From a virus, in the IMG/VR virus record IMGVR_UViG_3300044959_000131, positions 32,001-96,000 of that record: a stretch of DNA of 64,000 nt. One strand, 5' to 3'. Numbering within the stretch: the stretch's first letter is position 1; every line of letters begins with the position of its first letter. The notes beneath the pieces are model-generated. The model saw only the letters and a program-made list of their open reading frames with translations. It ran no database searches and was not told the origin of the DNA. Positions 62,301-64,000 of the stretch are shown in pieces. A program made the translations under genes and the position numbers.

Positions 62301-64000
62301 CTCCCCCGAAGCCGCCGTTCAGCTACGAAAAGTTTGTCAGTCTACTGAAAGGTCTCGGAGTCAACGTCGAAAAGAAAGGAACGGCTCTTCAACTCTCTCC
62401 ACTCACAGACCGTCATGTCATCGAGATGGCTGGAGGCCATAAGGGTGAGTTGAAGAATCCACATCTCGCCCTTCGAGCTAAGGACCTGAAAGAAGAACGT
62501 GGTGGTCTGTTCGACCCAGTTGCGACTGGCGGTATCGTTGGAGACAAGTGGAGCTATATCAAGCTCACGGAGCCGATGCCGAACCCAATCTTCGTCGGCT
62601 CAAACAACCGTCCTGGACCCATTCCGGCTCTACTTGGATTGAAGCTCAAAGAGCTTGATGAGGTCATGAAAGGCGTTCGACAGATCGACGGTAAGACAGG
62701 TGGCATGGCCATATACGATGCCTTGAAAAAGGTTGACGTCGACAAAGAACTCGCTGCTCTTCGTGAGAAGCTTCCTACACTCACAGGTGCAGCTCTCGAC
62801 CGTGCGAATAAGAAGTTCAAATATCTGTCGGCTCTGAAGGAAGCAGGTCTGAAGCCTCATGAAGCGTACGTCATGAACGTAGTTCCGGTCATCCCTCCGG
62901 TGTTCCGACCTGCTACCGTCACACAAAATGGCGATGTTCAGTACTCGTCTTTGAACGGACTATACAAAAACATCGCCATACTCAACAACAAGCTCAGCGA
63001 AGTAGATCCAAAGGTATTCTCTGAAGAACACAGGTCTCCTCTTCGCTGGCAGCTCTACGACAGCCTGAGGGCTCTTCAATCGGTTGGCGGTTCCGTCGGC
63101 TACGACATCGACTCTCCAGGAAGCAAGAGAAAGTTAAAGGGAATCCTCGACATCATAGGTGGAGGAGAGGGTGAGCAGCCGAAGGAAGGCTATTTCCAGT
63201 CCAAGCTGGTCAAGCGAAGGCAGAATCTATCCATCCGCTCAACAATCGTTCCAGAGCCAAAACTTGGAATCGATGAAGTAGGTATTCCAAGAGGCGCAGC
63301 GATGGAGTTGTACAAGCCATTCGTTGTAGCCGAGCTAGCTCACCACGGCTTTGATCCTCTATCTGCTCAGCAAGAGATGAGGAACGGAACGAAGGCTGCG
63401 TACGACGCACTTGAGAAGGTCATCAAGGAACGGCCTCTTCTTCTCAAACGCGATCCAGCTCTTCACAAGTTCTCGATCATGGCCTTTACACCTAGGCTCG
63501 TAGAGGGAAAGGCCATTCAGATTCATCCTCTAGTTACTGGTGGATACAACGCCGATTTCGACGGTGACACGATGGCCGCAACTGTCCCTCTAACAAGAGA
63601 GGCCGTCGAAGAAGCGAAGAAGATGTTTCCTTCGAAGAACCTCTTCTCCCCTACAACCGGTGGTGTAATGTATTCGCCGACTCAAGAAGCGCTCCTCGGA
63701 CTTCATCTTCTTTCGAAGTGGGGCAAGCCTATCGGCAAAACATTCTCAAACCCACTCGAGCTGAACAAAGCTGTTCAGAGAGGAGAGGTTCACCCAACAG
63801 ACGTCGTAAAGGTAGGAAACAAGGAAACGACATTTGGACGATTGCTTCTTGAGTCTAGAATGCCAAGGGACTTCTACCTCAATAAAGACATTCTCCACAA
63901 CCCATCATTCGTTATCGACAAGAAGACACTCAATAGCCAAATCATCACACCTCTTGCTAAGAATCACACTCGAGAATTTGCTTCCGTCGTTGACGAATTG
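59315..64000 (+). CDS. rpoBC: Fused DNA-directed RNA polymerase beta-beta' subunit (3' truncated by the window end; missing from the ORF track)
   Basis: Hand translation shows no stop from 59195 to 64000 (TTG 59315 follows a GAGG RBS; ATG 59246 is an alternative start). Beta motifs: LPKMT..GFIVDG, DQTNP, PSHFG, NLIPFL, GYNYED, GDKLSGRHGNKG, NPTGVPTRIN, GGQGFG. Beta' motifs follow in the same frame: GGLFD, VPVIPPVFRP, KEGYFQSKL, RDPALHK, YNADFDGDTM (63548-63568). Confidence 0.97.
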   Translation, partial: MSTLTPEGSFEILKNNVVRAISSYFPYEGKQRKLELHKVWVDDKLHTDDIKSQTEAKDLDKTWGVPVKADVSLVDKTTGKVIDRKTMTIARLPKMTNRYGFIVDGNEYQIDHLFRLKSGVYARIQDNGDLESEFNLVKGPAGNRFSILLERESKKFFLKQGDAKIPLYPILKSLGVSDDEIEKSWGKEILAANRPKTEEKTLKSLQTFWKKTSFEDQTEPSDLGGYARYVHDFFDKTVLRPDTTKITLGKPATKVDGSVLLTAANKILGVSRGTHQPDDRDSLAFKEIVSIEDFLPEKIERSMRTIRGKLRNTIDLKDKKSVSEVLSTDLFARPIREFFTKGGSLTERPDQTNPIQMMSGHRKTTLMSSDLGGIKKEHSITDEMRVINPSHFGFLDPMHTPESEKTGITLHLGMAARKNGKDLETPVFNVKENKIQYLNATDFHNSHAVLPDQVRWVGGKPVPIAENVKMKLPGGSIEVRPFREAQYVMPSAKGMFDIASNLIPFLPSNQGNRVSMADKQMEQAISLKYREEPLVQTKTDHADPNLTFEKVLGGFTSHRAPVSGKVVSVKNDSITISDGKKKHQVHLYEHFPLNDPKGMMHSEPVVKVGDTVRQGQVIADNNFTKNGTLSLGVNLRVGYIPYKGYNYEDGIVISESAAKKLTSEHLYKKKIELDPENDVISKSKFIAYAATKANQLTKEQLDLLDDDGVIRVGSKVRPGQVLIAAVGKNLTTRQGSALAALGKRAFQPYKDKSLVWDEDHVGEVVKVIKDPSGKGVKVYVKTEEPLVVGDKLSGRHGNKGIVTMILPDHEMPFTIDADGKRRPLEVLLNPTGVPTRINVGQVLETAAGKIAEKTGKPYIVNNFSGPNTNYREQVLKDLRAHGLRDEELVYDPKDPKRPLGSVLVGPQYLLKLKHQVEKKLTVRGGGTDVTGRGLPYDIDRTPTKGGERGGQGFGALDVYALLGHDARHNLREMATQKSDFQDMTFWNMVQEGHEPPPPKPPFSYEKFVSLLKGLGVNVEKKGTALQLSPLTDRHVIEMAGGHKGELKNPHLALRAKDLKEERGGLFDPVATGGIVGDKWSYIKLTEPMPNPIFVGSNNRPGPIPALLGLKLKELDEVMKGVRQIDGKTGGMAIYDALKKVDVDKELAALREKLPTLTGAALDRANKKFKYLSALKEAGLKPHEAYVMNVVPVIPPVFRPATVTQNGDVQYSSLNGLYKNIAILNNKLSEVDPKVFSEEHRSPLRWQLYDSLRALQSVGGSVGYDIDSPGSKRKLKGILDIIGGGEGEQPKEGYFQSKLVKRRQNLSIRSTIVPEPKLGIDEVGIPRGAAMELYKPFVVAELAHHGFDPLSAQQEMRNGTKAAYDALEKVIKERPLLLKRDPALHKFSIMAFTPRLVEGKAIQIHPLVTGGYNADFDGDTMAATVPLTREAVEEAKKMFPSKNLFSPTTGGVMYSPTQEALLGLHLLSKWGKPIGKTFSNPLELNKAVQRGEVHPTDVVKVGNKETTFGRLLLESRMPRDFYLNKDILHNPSFVIDKKTLNSQIITPLAKNHTREFASVVDEL

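Noticed and set aside
1-64000. CRISPR array, tRNA/rRNA genes, integrase, transposase, reverse transcriptase or DGR
   Set aside because: No regularly spaced repeats, cloverleaf-sized gaps or relevant protein motifs seen by eye. The Cas4-like gene is a solo nuclease among recombination genes.
1-64000. Alternative genetic code (stop-codon reassignment)
   Set aside because: Very long ORFs are intact under code 11, and TAA, TAG and TGA all end genes at tightly coupled junctions.
35337-64000. Inteins or introns in thyX, recA, polA, dnaB, the portal or the RNAP
   Set aside because: The insertions found are short, lack intein terminal residues and endonuclease motifs, and the frames are continuous.

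Overview
The whole window is a segment of a large tailed-phage genome (myovirus-like; standard genetic code; no cellular genes, tRNAs, CRISPR arrays or integrase seen). Layout: (i) 1-32.7 kb, + strand: baseplate/tail module (hub, gp25-like, giant baseplate-J, PKD-domain wedge, collar-fibre-like protein, 1753-aa beta-helix fibre), an embedded sigma70-family factor, small proteins sharing an F-x-D-E-L-x-K-I-A / K-x-[AS] motif, and a holin-like gene plus overlapping spanins (diderm host); (ii) 32.7-52.1 kb, - strand: replication/recombination/nucleotide genes (RusA, ThyX, dNMP kinase, Cas4-like nuclease, Hjc-like resolvase, RecA, HU, PolA, gp32-like SSB, primase, DnaB, UDG-4, SF2 helicase); (iii) 52.2-57.7 kb, + strand: KTA-rich protein, more motif proteins and the portal; (iv) 57.7-59.1 kb, - strand: tiny Zn-finger and membrane ORFs; (v) 59.3 kb to the end, + strand: an uninterrupted reading frame of at least 1562 codons, absent from the supplied ORF track, that I translated by hand and that encodes RNA polymerase beta fused directly to beta-prime (NADFDGD at 63548-63568). 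The main candidates for new biology are this fused RNAP plus phage sigma, and the shared peptide motif that may be a head-protease cleavage or packaging signal. All functional calls come from motif recognition by eye; no database search was run.
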